A stretch of DNA of 64,000 bases from Prosthecobacter debontii (lineage in GTDB: Bacteria > Verrucomicrobiota > Verrucomicrobiia > Verrucomicrobiales > Akkermansiaceae): NCBI GenBank assembly GCA_945862245.1, contig CAMAXN010000004.1, positions 442 to 64,441 on the forward strand. Direction: 5' to 3'. The notes under the pieces are model-generated. The model saw only the letters and a program-made list of their open reading frames with translations. It was not told the origin of the DNA and made no database searches. Shown here piece after piece: positions 18,162 to 28,120 of this stretch; position 1 is the stretch's first letter; the number at the start of each line of letters is the position of its first letter. Both the position numbers and the translations under genes were made by a program.

Positions 18162-20858
18162 TCAGCAGGTTCTAGCGAAGGCTTCCACGAGCGGGGAGTT
18201 CTGGGCGAGAAGGGCGAAGTTGTCGTATTTTACTTTATCGGCGGGTGGCCAGAAGGCGCGTTCTGATAGGCTGGTGGTGATCCAGTCCAAGCAGGCCTTG
18301 GCAGATTCCAGGTCGGTTTCGGAGAACCCGACCCAGGCGTTTAGCTTCACATCGTCGCGGGTTTTTCCGAGGTGGATGTAGGCGGGAACGGGCGTTTCCT
18401 CGGTGCGAAGGCTGCGGGCGAGGGCATAGAGAGGAAGCTGGAGGTTATCCCAAAAATGAGAGGTGGTTTTACCTTTGGCATCGGTGCAATGTTGAAACAT
18501 TGGCCCGCAATCGGGAAAATGCGTTGGAACTTTGGTCTTGGCGACGATTTTACGGCGGTGCGAGGCCTCGACGCTATCCGCCTTACCGGTCTTGTAGTCG
18601 ATCACGCGTAGCTGCCCGGTGTCGCGGTGGCGGTCGATGCGGTCGATCTTGCCGACGATGTCGAACGCGCCGGAACGGATGGTGAACTTGCTCTCGATCT
18701 CGATGATCTCCCAGCCCTCCGCCGCGGACTCCGCCTGTACGGCGGCAAACCATTCGAGCCGCTGGCGGATGGCGTGGATCTGGATGCGGATCGCCAGTGG
18801 AGGGTTTTTCCCGAATTCCCGGAGTATCACCTCATCGAGTGTGGCGGAAAGTGATGTCGCGATTTTTTCGGGGTGGGTCAGGTGGTTTTTCTCGGGATCA
18901 CTGCCCCATGTCTCGACGACGAGGTGGGTGATGGATCCGAAATCCCGGGCGTTCATTTCCCGGCGATCCGGCTCCGGCACGCTCATGCCGACGAGGTGCT
19001 TGAGGTAGAAGCGGAAGGGGCAGGCGAGGAAATCGCGCAGGGCTGTGACCCTGATGCGCTCCGGCAGTTCGACGGCGGGCGTCTGCCATTTCCAATCGCG
19101 CGTCCAGATGAGATCCGCTTCGGGTGGATCGATCTCGCGGAAGAGGTTCTCGACGGTGGTGACGAGGTTTTCGCGCGGCACGCGGAGCAAAAGGCGGGAG
19201 GGGAGGAGGGTTTCGCCGCCCGGGCCGTTCTTTCCGCAGATCAGGTGGGCGGAGCCGGCTTCGCGTCGCATCATGAGCATAGCGTGGAGGAGGTAGGCGT
19301 CGCGGGCGTGGCGGTCGGTCTCGGCGGTGAGCTTGAGGGCGCGGCGGATGCTATCCGAAAGCCATGTATCTTTATGGGGCTGGGAAGGGACAAATGTGTC
19401 ATTCATACCGCAGATAACCAGGTGGGCACCGGGCTCGAACAGCAGCTCCAGCCAGCCTTGGACATCGATCACGCGCTCGGCGGACGGCTCGGCGGTGGGT
19501 GCAGGGAGCCACGAGAGCAGGGTCTGGAGCCAGAAGCCGTGGCTGCGGTTGGTCTGCGGGAAAAGCGGCGCGGCCTCAGTGAGGAAATCGGCGATGCGGG
19601 CGGCGAGCGGGCTTTCCGATTTCGGGTCGAGCACGTGGAGGTGGGAGGTGATCGCTTCGGGGAAATTTTCCGAGAGAAAGGAACGCCGCAGGCCGAGCAG
19701 GGCGGCGATGGAGGCGCGTAGGGCGGGGTCGGCGAGTTCGAGCATCGCTTCCGGGTCGATGGCGGCGTGGTTGTTGCGTAGCTTGTTGAGGGCGGCGAGT
19801 TTCTGGGCGCGGTTTCCGGAAATGAGGTGGGCGGAATCGGGCAGGGAGAGCAGGGCCGCGAGTTGGCGGGAGGTGGGCTTTGCGAGCCAATCCTTCCATG
19901 CTGTGAGCCAGCGGACGAGGGACGGCATCGGCTGCTTGGCGGCGGGATGAAAGGCGGGCCAGCCGTTTTCCGAAAACGCGCGGGCGACCACGGCTCCGCT
20001 GCGCTCGTCCGGGCAGCCGAGCGCTATCTCTGTGGAGGGTGAGCCGGTTGCCGAGACGGCGGCGAGCGCAAGGGCGGCCTGCCCTGCCGGATCAGCGGCG
20101 ATATCGACGACGGTGTGCGGCGGCAGTTCGCGTGTTGCCCACGTTTCCAGCGGCAGACCGAGCGGCGAGAAAAGCTCCGCCTCCGATTCCGGTGCGGCGA
20201 TGTATAAAATCACTTTTCCTCCGTACGCCATGAGCGCCTCCTCTAGGCACTTCGGCATCTCAGTGATGCCTGCGAGAATGATGTTACGAAATCCCGCGGG
20301 TAGTGCGAAGCGCTCCCGCAGCGCGGTGGTGCGGGACGCGTAGCCCCATGCGGAAAGCTGCCGTTCGGCCAGCGTTTCCAGCCGTGCTAGGTCCTCCCAT
20401 CGCTTCGCCTCGGGTGTGGAGGCAAGGAACTTTGAAGCGGAAAAAAGGTTGTGATTGTGCTCCTGCAAGGTTGCGCGCAGGGCCGTGATTTCCGCCGCCA
20501 GCGACACCGCCCAATCGGGATTATCGTCGCCGCTGTTGGGAGGCACGGGAAAAAGGTCCGCGTATGTATTCCAACCCCCGTCAGGGATCGAGGCCAGAGC
20601 TTCCATCCACGCGATTTTCTCGATCCATGGTGGTGCGACGGATGTGTCTTCGATGTGCAGGAGCGCGCCCGGCGTAGTGAAAGTAGGCGCGAGTATGGCC
20701 ATTGCATCCGCAGCAAGGTGCTCACGCAAAATGCGCCCGCTCTGCGCAGTTGGGACGATGACAAGCGATTCCGCTAAGCACGCGCGGTCAATCAGTAATT
20801 GTCTGACCAAGAGAGGCAGCAACGGCGCGTCGTATCCGAGGAATATCCTTTCGGGCAT
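18162..20858 (-). CDS. AddB-like PD-(D/E)XK nuclease family protein (alpha-type AddB with no Walker A)
   Basis: 898 aa. Nuclease motif GKIDRIDRH..LRVIDYKTGK, an upstream CPFRFYLKHL, and C-terminal Cys residues. No UvrD/AddA gene is adjacent. Confidence 0.7.
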   Translation of the reverse strand: MPERIFLGYDAPLLPLLVRQLLIDRACLAESLVIVPTAQSGRILREHLAADAMAILAPTFTTPGALLHIEDTSVAPPWIEKIAWMEALASIPDGGWNTYADLFPVPPNSGDDNPDWAVSLAAEITALRATLQEHNHNLFSASKFLASTPEAKRWEDLARLETLAERQLSAWGYASRTTALRERFALPAGFRNIILAGITEMPKCLEEALMAYGGKVILYIAAPESEAELFSPLGLPLETWATRELPPHTVVDIAADPAGQAALALAAVSATGSPSTEIALGCPDERSGAVVARAFSENGWPAFHPAAKQPMPSLVRWLTAWKDWLAKPTSRQLAALLSLPDSAHLISGNRAQKLAALNKLRNNHAAIDPEAMLELADPALRASIAALLGLRRSFLSENFPEAITSHLHVLDPKSESPLAARIADFLTEAAPLFPQTNRSHGFWLQTLLSWLPAPTAEPSAERVIDVQGWLELLFEPGAHLVICGMNDTFVPSQPHKDTWLSDSIRRALKLTAETDRHARDAYLLHAMLMMRREAGSAHLICGKNGPGGETLLPSRLLLRVPRENLVTTVENLFREIDPPEADLIWTRDWKWQTPAVELPERIRVTALRDFLACPFRFYLKHLVGMSVPEPDRREMNARDFGSITHLVVETWGSDPEKNHLTHPEKIATSLSATLDEVILREFGKNPPLAIRIQIHAIRQRLEWFAAVQAESAAEGWEIIEIESKFTIRSGAFDIVGKIDRIDRHRDTGQLRVIDYKTGKADSVEASHRRKIVAKTKVPTHFPDCGPMFQHCTDAKGKTTSHFWDNLQLPLYALARSLRTEETPVPAYIHLGKTRDDVKLNAWVGFSETDLESAKACLDWITTSLSERAFWPPADKVKYDNFALLAQNSPLVEAFARTC

Positions 20859-21164
20859 AATGTGAGTATAGATATGTGATCTGCAGCGGACACGAATATA
20901 GAAAAATTCTTATGAGCGATCATTCATAACACAAGAATCTACGCTGCGCGGAATGTGTAAAGAAGAGTAAGTTGTTTTAAGTTTAGGAATAGTCACAGGC
21001 TTTCGCCACAAAGGACCTTCCTACACCAAGGCCACGAACAGTCGGACTGGGAATTGAATATACCGCCACGATCCCAACTTACTCGAGAATAAAAGCACCG
21101 AAGATAGCGCTTGATGGGGGGGATGTGGCGGGATTGGATAAAAAGATATTCCTGAATCCCCCCT

Positions 21165-22154
21165 ATGAGCCTCCGCAAGCAGTTGAATGATGTTTTACCC
21201 GGTCTGTTACCGAATAATCCTGCGGATGCCATCAAGGGCACGGAGCTGATCCGTTTGGCGCGTCGCAACCTGACAGGGATCTATTCGGATGCATCGCTGA
21301 GGTATCATTTCTCAATCATGTCCTGCGACCCCACTTCGGTGATTGCCAAGGTCGAGAAAGGCCAGGGCTATTACCGCCGCAGCGAGCCGCTGCCCGCCCT
21401 TTCGGGTGCACAGGAGCTTTTGGCATGGACGCAAGGAAGGCTGGAGGATTTGAACGGCAACGAAACAACTATGGACAACGCGATGCTGCGTATCCGTAAA
21501 TTCCGTGCGGTAGTCACCCGCTACTACGAGATCAACGGCCGTTTTCCTTTTGCCTTCCGCGACCCTTTCGCAGTATCCTCGCCTCTGGTTAACCTCTGGA
21601 AATATCCCGATCTGGTTCTGGTGGATTGGGAAACTGGCGGCGCGCCAGATGAGGAGATGTCGCTGGATGAATCGATGCTAGCCCTTAAGCAAAGGCTCGG
21701 TATTGCGCCATTCCGTCTGCACTCAGCGCGGCTGCGACTCCTGCCTTCTCTCACGACATATCGCGAGGATTTTTTCCAAACCCTTTCTGTCTCGATGTGG
21801 GCGCAGGGTGGCGAGTTGATCTACGCCGGACCGATCGAGGATGAGGCCTTAGCGGATGGCTTGCGGAAACTTAGCACGGCCTATGGGGTAGGAGTGATTT
21901 CGTTTGGACTCACCGCTGAAGTGCTTGATGAATTGCCTCGTCCGGCCCAGATCCTCAACGCGCATCCGAAGGAGACGGAAGCGATCATGTCGAAGCTCGA
22001 TATCCTCCGCATAGCGCCGGTGCAATCCCGTCCGCATCTCGATTGGACAGCTCTCGGATCGATGCGCACGGAATACGAAGAGGCGGATAAGTTGATGCGC
22101 TGGCTGACTAATTGTATCGATGCCCGTAGGGCGGAACCGTTCAAGGACGAGTGA
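21165..22154 (+). CDS. Hypothetical protein. N-terminus resembles a winged-helix (Mrr_N/HARE-HTH-like) module.
   Basis: 329-aa ORF with coding-like composition. N-terminus GTELIRLA..LRYHFSIMS..VIAKVEKGQGYYRR. The rest could not be assigned. Confidence 0.55.
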   Translation: MSLRKQLNDVLPGLLPNNPADAIKGTELIRLARRNLTGIYSDASLRYHFSIMSCDPTSVIAKVEKGQGYYRRSEPLPALSGAQELLAWTQGRLEDLNGNETTMDNAMLRIRKFRAVVTRYYEINGRFPFAFRDPFAVSSPLVNLWKYPDLVLVDWETGGAPDEEMSLDESMLALKQRLGIAPFRLHSARLRLLPSLTTYREDFFQTLSVSMWAQGGELIYAGPIEDEALADGLRKLSTAYGVGVISFGLTAEVLDELPRPAQILNAHPKETEAIMSKLDILRIAPVQSRPHLDWTALGSMRTEYEEADKLMRWLTNCIDARRAEPFKDE

Positions 22155-22361
22155 GAATTTCTCCTCAGACAAATAGGATCAGAGGGTGCGAATTGTCGTT
22201 TGCCGCTGGAGGCTAACTTTTTTGGAGATCATAGTGATGTAGGCGGCATGTAAAAGGCTTTGTAAATTCGTCTCTAATAGCGAGAAAATTGCTGGAGTTG
22301 TCGCGTATCTGCGTTATCTATTCTCAACGTACTTATTGGCATTGAGATACCAAGCTAATCT

Positions 22362-24998
22362 ATGTCTAGAAAAACATCCGCCCGTAGTAACGCGATTCCA
22401 GATAGCCTGCGCAAGCAGCTTGAAGATTTTCGTGTTCAACTCTGGCGGCGTAAGATGACGGAAGCTGCGGCAGCTGGGGTTATTGGCCTACTGGTGTCAT
22501 TCCTTCTGATCTACGGTCTCGACCGTGTGTGGCAAACGCCCGGCTGGGCGCGGTTACTCATCCTGCTCGGTGGCGTTTCGCTGTTCGGCGGCTTCGCCCC
22601 TTACTGGCTACACCGCTGGGTCTGGGGTCACCGCCGCGAGGAGCAAATCGCAAGGCTCATTGCGAAGCGCTACCCTGGGCTTGGTGACAGGTTGCTCGGC
22701 GTGATCGAACTGCAAGGCCAGCAAGAGGCGGGCGATTCGCTTTCGCCGAGGCTACGCGCTGCAGCGATGGAGGTGGTCGCTGCGGAGGCCGGGAAACGCA
22801 AGCTCGACGACGCGTTGCCCGTTCCTAAGCATCGCAAATGGGCGCTAGCCGCTTTAGTACTGTTGGTAGTGGCGTCGTGTGCTTTTATAACGACCCCCAA
22901 GGCCGGACTTAACGCGCTAGAGCGCTGGCTGAATCCGTTTTCCGATGTTCAAAGATACACATTTACCCAGCTTGAAAAACCGCAACAATATCTCGCCGTA
23001 GCCTACGGTGAAGCATTTGATATCATTTTAAAACTGGCAAAAAACTCAGAGCGGAGACCGTCCAATGCGCTTGGCCAATACGGTCTTCAACCGGTCATTA
23101 GCGCGAAGCTTGAGGGCGACCTCTACAAGTTCCGCTTCCCAGGCCAACAGGAAAAGGGTTCTGTTGTTTTCCGGATCGGCGATCTGCGGCACTCGTTGAT
23201 TGTGGAGCCGTTGCAGCGCCCCGGTGTGATGAGCACAAGAGCTTTCGTGACATACCCTAACTACATGAGCCTGCCAGATCGGACGGTGGAACTCAGCACG
23301 GGTGAATTAAGCCTCGTTGAGGGCAGCGGGCTTCTTTTTGAAATGGATATGAGTCGTGAGGTGTGCTCAGGCAGCTACGGACCAAGCAAGGCTTCCGGTC
23401 AAGCCACGGAGCTGCCCTTAGCCGATTTAGAACCATTCGAGGGTGTGCTGGAAATTTCTGGGCAGATGGTCAAAACGGCTGAAATTGCTGTTGGTAGAGT
23501 TCCCTTCGAGCTACCTTTTTCGTGGGTTGATGAGTTCGGTCTCACCGGCGGATTAGACTTTCGGCTGCGCGTTGATGCGGTGAAGGATGCCCCGCCCGTG
23601 GCCTACACCCAAGGCGTGGAAAGGCAGCAAGCGATATTGCCTGAAGAGGCCATCGATTTCGAAATTCTTGGAGAGGATGATTTTGGTCTCAAAGAGGTAG
23701 GCATCGAGTGGGTTAGCATCGTGTCTGCGCCAAGTGAGATACCCGAAGTCAAAGGCGAGCTAATACTTGCAAAAGGTGCGCCCGAGGAGCGCCGTATCAT
23801 CAAACCTGTGGTGTTTTCTCCGGCTGCGTTCGGAATCAAACCTCAGAGATTGGAGCTTCGGGCATTTTCTGAGGACCTCTATCCCGGACGTGGCCGCGTT
23901 TATTCCGAATCGATCCTGCTTTCCGTCCTGACTCGCGAAGAGCACCAGCAGTTGCTGAAATCGCAATTCGATCGTGCGATCAGCGAACTGGAAGATGCTG
24001 TCCGCAATGAAATAAATAATCTCGATGAGAACCAACGCCTCCAGAAGCTCAGCGCGGAGGAGATGAAGGAGGAGGAAAACCGCAGGCGCCTAGACACCCA
24101 GGAGCAGGAGGAAGGCGAGGCCGCCCAGCGGATGGAGGAGATCAATGAGAAAATGGAGGACGTGGTGAAAGGCGCAACACGCAACGGCGAGATCGACAAA
24201 GAGACGATGAAGAAAATGGCAGAAGCGCTGAAGTCGATTCAGGAACTAGCCGACAAGGATGTGCCGGAAGTCCACGAGCAATTGCAGGAGGCACAGGAGC
24301 AATCGAATACCGACGAGAAAACCGAAGAGAATATCAAGGAGGCTGTCGAGAAGCAGAAGGCAGTCGTCGAGAAAATGAAGGAAGCTGTGGAGCAGGCCAA
24401 CGATGCGAACAAGCGTTTCGAAGCCAGCACGTTCGTTAGTCGTCTGAAAAAAGCCGCTGCCGAACAGAACGGAATCGCCGGGAATTTGATCGAAAGCTTG
24501 ACTAAGAAACTGGCAGGCTTGCGCACCGAAGAGCTTGATCCAAGTGACCAGATAAAATTATCCGATACTATCAGTGTGCAGATAGTTACGGCGGATGATG
24601 TACGATGGATTCAGGAAGATCTCGGGCACTATCATGCCCGCACCGGAGACGCAGCGTTCAAGGCGATTATGGAGCAGATGCGGGAAGCGAAAATCGATGC
24701 TGGACTGGAAGGTGTAAGGGCTAAACTCGATTTGCATCATTCATTTGAGGCCACTGAAGATGCTAAGAAATGGGCGGTAAAACTTAAGGAATGGGCGACT
24801 ATTCTTGGCGGAGAATTGGATGAAGCAAGCGGAGGTGGCGGCGGAGAAGGCGGCGGCGGCAGCCCAGAGGACGAGGATTTCGAATTTATGCTGCGGGTAA
24901 TGAAAATGATCCAGCAGCAGCAGGATCTCCGTGCCCGAACACGCGTACTGGAACAACTCAAACGGGATTCCAAAAACACTAAACCAACGAACAAATGA
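22362..24998 (+). CDS. Membrane-anchored protein with a long acidic coiled-coil (DUF4175-like from memory)
   Basis: 878 aa. TM helices near residues 35-55, 62-82 and 160-180. Contains IAKRYPGLGDRLLGVIEL, DAPPVAY..EILGEDDFGLKEVGIEW, about 250 aa of E/K-rich heptad-like sequence, and a G5EG4 tract. Confidence 0.7.
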   Translation: MSRKTSARSNAIPDSLRKQLEDFRVQLWRRKMTEAAAAGVIGLLVSFLLIYGLDRVWQTPGWARLLILLGGVSLFGGFAPYWLHRWVWGHRREEQIARLIAKRYPGLGDRLLGVIELQGQQEAGDSLSPRLRAAAMEVVAAEAGKRKLDDALPVPKHRKWALAALVLLVVASCAFITTPKAGLNALERWLNPFSDVQRYTFTQLEKPQQYLAVAYGEAFDIILKLAKNSERRPSNALGQYGLQPVISAKLEGDLYKFRFPGQQEKGSVVFRIGDLRHSLIVEPLQRPGVMSTRAFVTYPNYMSLPDRTVELSTGELSLVEGSGLLFEMDMSREVCSGSYGPSKASGQATELPLADLEPFEGVLEISGQMVKTAEIAVGRVPFELPFSWVDEFGLTGGLDFRLRVDAVKDAPPVAYTQGVERQQAILPEEAIDFEILGEDDFGLKEVGIEWVSIVSAPSEIPEVKGELILAKGAPEERRIIKPVVFSPAAFGIKPQRLELRAFSEDLYPGRGRVYSESILLSVLTREEHQQLLKSQFDRAISELEDAVRNEINNLDENQRLQKLSAEEMKEEENRRRLDTQEQEEGEAAQRMEEINEKMEDVVKGATRNGEIDKETMKKMAEALKSIQELADKDVPEVHEQLQEAQEQSNTDEKTEENIKEAVEKQKAVVEKMKEAVEQANDANKRFEASTFVSRLKKAAAEQNGIAGNLIESLTKKLAGLRTEELDPSDQIKLSDTISVQIVTADDVRWIQEDLGHYHARTGDAAFKAIMEQMREAKIDAGLEGVRAKLDLHHSFEATEDAKKWAVKLKEWATILGGELDEASGGGGGEGGGGSPEDEDFEFMLRVMKMIQQQQDLRARTRVLEQLKRDSKNTKPTNK

Positions 24999-25636
24999 AA
25001 GCGACCATATACGCTTCACTTTTTCTAATCACCTTCTTACTGCCTTTGTTTTCGGAAGAGGAGCTTAAGGATGCAGCCAAGATGTTGGAGCGCCATGCTG
25101 AAGGTTCCGAGCTACTTGCGGGCGAACAGGATGAGCTCTCCGCCGATGTACAACAGCTTGTGATCGAGCAAACGGTACAACAGGTGATCGACCTACTGAC
25201 TGAAGTAGAGGGGATTATGGACGAGACGACGGATTATCTGGCCGAGACGGAAACCGGAGGCACGACCATCGCAGCACAAACGGAAATCATCGAGAAGATC
25301 TACGAGGCAGCGAAAGAGAAACAAAAGAAGGGCCAAGGCGAAAAATATGAATCTGGCAGTGCGATGTTGGATATGATGGAGCGGATGATGGGTAAGAAGG
25401 AAGGAGAGGGCAAAGGAAAGGGTAAAGGTGAGGGTGAGGGTCAAGGTGATCAGGGTGGAAACGGTCAAACCGGCGACTCTGATTCTGCCAACGAAGTAGA
25501 CGGTGGCAATGTAAGTGGAAAAAATGAGGAGCGAACCGTACCCAAGGCGGCCGGAAATGCCGGCAAGACCCTACCAAGCGAGTTCCAGCAAGTCCTCGAC
25601 GCCTATAACCGAGGACTGGAGGGAAAATCCGAATAG
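24995..25636 (+). CDS. Secreted acidic protein with a G/E/K low-complexity tract
   Basis: 213 aa. Signal peptide MKATIYASLFLITFLLPLFS, then GEGKGKGKGEGEGQGDQGGNGQ. ATGA overlap with the upstream gene. Confidence 0.65.
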   Translation: MKATIYASLFLITFLLPLFSEEELKDAAKMLERHAEGSELLAGEQDELSADVQQLVIEQTVQQVIDLLTEVEGIMDETTDYLAETETGGTTIAAQTEIIEKIYEAAKEKQKKGQGEKYESGSAMLDMMERMMGKKEGEGKGKGKGEGEGQGDQGGNGQTGDSDSANEVDGGNVSGKNEERTVPKAAGNAGKTLPSEFQQVLDAYNRGLEGKSE

Positions 25637-25637
25637 A

Positions 25638-26624
25638 ATGAGAAGGATCGTCTTCATTTTCTTTTGTGCAGCTTCACTTTCCGCTTCACACGGTCAGGGC
25701 TTGCCCAGCCGAGGCGATGACCGAGTTCCAGCGCAGGTCGATCTGATCTATGAGCGCGGCCTGCATTACCTTGCTGAGAAGCAGAACTCGGATGGCTACT
25801 GGGAGGATGGTTTGGGCAGCGAGCCGGGTGTGGTCGGTCTGTGCATCGCTGCATTCCTTGCCCATGGCGAAGATCCGAATAACGGGCCTTACGCGAAAGT
25901 AATACGCAAGGGGATCGACTACATCATTTCAAAACAAAGCACGGTGAACGGTTATATCGGTTCGAGCATGTATAACCATGCCTTCGCCACCAAAGCCCTA
26001 GCGGAAGCCTATGGGGTCATAGAGCACCCGAAGGTGGAGCAAGCTCTGGAGCAGGCGGTGGAACTGATCTTGAGTTCACAAAAGCGGAATCGCTACGGCG
26101 CGTGGCGTTACACTCCGGATAGCCGTGATGCGGACACCACTGTCACCGGTTGCCAGGTGGTAAGTCTTTTCGCCGCACGCAATGCAGGCATGCCGGTGCC
26201 GGACGAAGCGATCAAGAAAGCCCTCGCCTACCTCGCGAGTTGCCGCGGCAGCGAAGGCTCTTACGGCTACACCTCCACAGCGGGAGGTAAGCCTACACTG
26301 ACCGCAATTGGTTCACTTTGTCTTTCATTGGCAAAGGAAAAAGAATCTAAGGGCTATGCCGCGAGCCTCGCCTATCTCAAAAAGAATATGGATTACCGCG
26401 ACAGATATTATCCCTACTACTACGAATACTACATGTCTCAAGCGCTGTTCCATGCCGATACCGAAACATGGGAGGAATGGAACAGCCGCAATATACGTTA
26501 CCTCGCCACGATCCAGTCTCCAGACGGATATTTTCCCGGAAACCAAGGGCAGGCTTTTAGCACAGCGGGGGCGCTTTTGTCGCTCGCCCTGAACTACCGA
26601 TATCTGCCAATCTACGAGAAATGA
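25638..26624 (+). CDS. Secreted prenyltransferase/squalene-oxidase-repeat (alpha/alpha-toroid) protein
   Basis: Starts MRRIVFIFFCAASLSAS (signal peptide). QW-like repeats SDGYWEDG, YGAWRYT, EGSYGYT, PDGYFPG. The track start at 25515 would overlap the previous gene. Confidence 0.7.
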   Translation: MRRIVFIFFCAASLSASHGQGLPSRGDDRVPAQVDLIYERGLHYLAEKQNSDGYWEDGLGSEPGVVGLCIAAFLAHGEDPNNGPYAKVIRKGIDYIISKQSTVNGYIGSSMYNHAFATKALAEAYGVIEHPKVEQALEQAVELILSSQKRNRYGAWRYTPDSRDADTTVTGCQVVSLFAARNAGMPVPDEAIKKALAYLASCRGSEGSYGYTSTAGGKPTLTAIGSLCLSLAKEKESKGYAASLAYLKKNMDYRDRYYPYYYEYYMSQALFHADTETWEEWNSRNIRYLATIQSPDGYFPGNQGQAFSTAGALLSLALNYRYLPIYEK

Positions 26625-28120
26625 GAAATATCACTCTCACCTTCTTCCTTGCGAGTACACCGCTTCTCCACGGTGAGGAATTGCGCCAGGACCTGCTTAG
26701 CTTCACCAACGGCGACCAACTTCACGGCAAGCTTTCTGGAATCGCCGCCGGGCCATCGATCCAATGGAAGCGGCACGATGTGGGCGAAGATGTAACATTC
26801 AAGTCCTCCGAGTTGCGGCGCATCGTCCTGCGCGGTGGAAGGCCCGTCAAATCAACGCAGAGCTATTCACATATCGGAACTTCCAACGGTGACCGTATCC
26901 CTGGAATCGTCTTGGAAATGGATGAAAAGCGGCTTTTGATCGATACTAAGTTCGGAGGGATGATCAATATTCCCCGTGATCAGGTTGGATTGATTGCGCC
27001 GAACCCGCTTGGTGGTAAAATGCTTTACTATGGACCGTATGATCCGGAGGAGTGGCTGTTGTTTAACGACAAACATCCCGAAGGCATCTCCGCCCTAAAA
27101 GGAGATAAAAAATCCAAGATGCTTCTCTGGAAACACTCGGGAAGTGCTTGGTATTGGCAGAACAAGAAAATAGGCACTGCGCTGGCGAAAAAAGCGGGTA
27201 TGCCAGATCGTGCGATACTGCGCTTCGACATCGCATGGAAAAGCAGGCTTGCATGTGCGATCGCTTTTCACGCCAACTTTAAGCAAGCCCAGCCATTGAA
27301 GGTTAATGAGGATGCAGATGAGCAACATAAAAATTTGGTGGGTGGGGTGATCAATTCTCTGTCCGTGCCATCTATCTTCGGAGAGTGCTACGTGCTCCAG
27401 CTTTATTCTAACTACGTAATGTTGCTCCGGAGCTCCTTTGATGAGGAAGGAAGGCCCAAACTGGATCGATTGCAGACGCCAAACAGCTCCTTACAGCTTG
27501 GTGATACTGGCAATGCCACATTTGAGATCCGCTGCAACCGCCCGTCTGGAGAAATCTCGCTTTTTATCAACGATGAGTTCGTCGTACAGTGGAGCGAGGT
27601 GGGTATTGGCTTGGATGGAGCCGAGGGCTATGCTGGAAAAGGCGACGGCTTCGGCTTCCTCGTGCAGGCCGAAGATTCCCCCGTTCGCATTTCAGAGATG
27701 GTCATTGCAAATTGGAACGGCATGCCGGATGCCGCTCGCAGCCTGCAGGTAGATGACGCTGACGTCGTTCTGCTCATTAACGGAACTGACCGCTTCTCTG
27801 GAAATGTCATTGGCCTCAATCAAGGTAAACTCAAATTGGAGGGACGATATGGTGATTTCGAATTTCCTATAGAAGAAATCGCGGAAGTGCGATTTGCGAA
27901 ATCCCGAATCGCCGAGGCTCCGAACGCCCCCTTGGATGCCATCAAGACGCGTCTCCATCCATTGGGGAGAATAACTGGTCGTCCGATATCAGGGGATGCG
28001 GGAATCTTGCGTATGATGAGCGTGGCAGCAGGTGAAATCGATATCAACTTAGATTACGCGGTCATGCTGGAGTTCCGCGAATCCGAGAGCTTCATGGATG
28101 ATTGGGATGAGGAATTTTAA
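26621..28120 (+). CDS. Secreted paralogue 1: two NGD-repeats, a LamG/DUF1080-like core, then two more repeats
   Basis: 499 aa with a signal peptide. Repeats LSFTNGDQLHGKLSGI and IGTSNGDRIPGIVLEM; core ..ILRFDIAWKS..GEISLFINDEFVVQW..VRISEMVIANWNG; C-terminal LLINGTDRFSGNVIGL. Confidence 0.7.
   Translation: MRNITLTFFLASTPLLHGEELRQDLLSFTNGDQLHGKLSGIAAGPSIQWKRHDVGEDVTFKSSELRRIVLRGGRPVKSTQSYSHIGTSNGDRIPGIVLEMDEKRLLIDTKFGGMINIPRDQVGLIAPNPLGGKMLYYGPYDPEEWLLFNDKHPEGISALKGDKKSKMLLWKHSGSAWYWQNKKIGTALAKKAGMPDRAILRFDIAWKSRLACAIAFHANFKQAQPLKVNEDADEQHKNLVGGVINSLSVPSIFGECYVLQLYSNYVMLLRSSFDEEGRPKLDRLQTPNSSLQLGDTGNATFEIRCNRPSGEISLFINDEFVVQWSEVGIGLDGAEGYAGKGDGFGFLVQAEDSPVRISEMVIANWNGMPDAARSLQVDDADVVLLINGTDRFSGNVIGLNQGKLKLEGRYGDFEFPIEEIAEVRFAKSRIAEAPNAPLDAIKTRLHPLGRITGRPISGDAGILRMMSVAAGEIDINLDYAVMLEFRESESFMDDWDEEF

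Noticed and set aside
18372-20865. Multiple long plus-strand ORFs (e.g. 18873-19721, 19327-19950)
   Set aside because: They are antisense to the GC-rich AddB-like gene, with Arg/Gly/Ala-rich, motif-free translations typical of high-GC shadow ORFs.
25390-25470. Short periodic DNA repeats (ggtaaaggtgagggtgagggtcaaggt)
   Set aside because: This is a coding low-complexity G/E/K tract inside the 213-aa secreted protein. It is not a CRISPR array or satellite.
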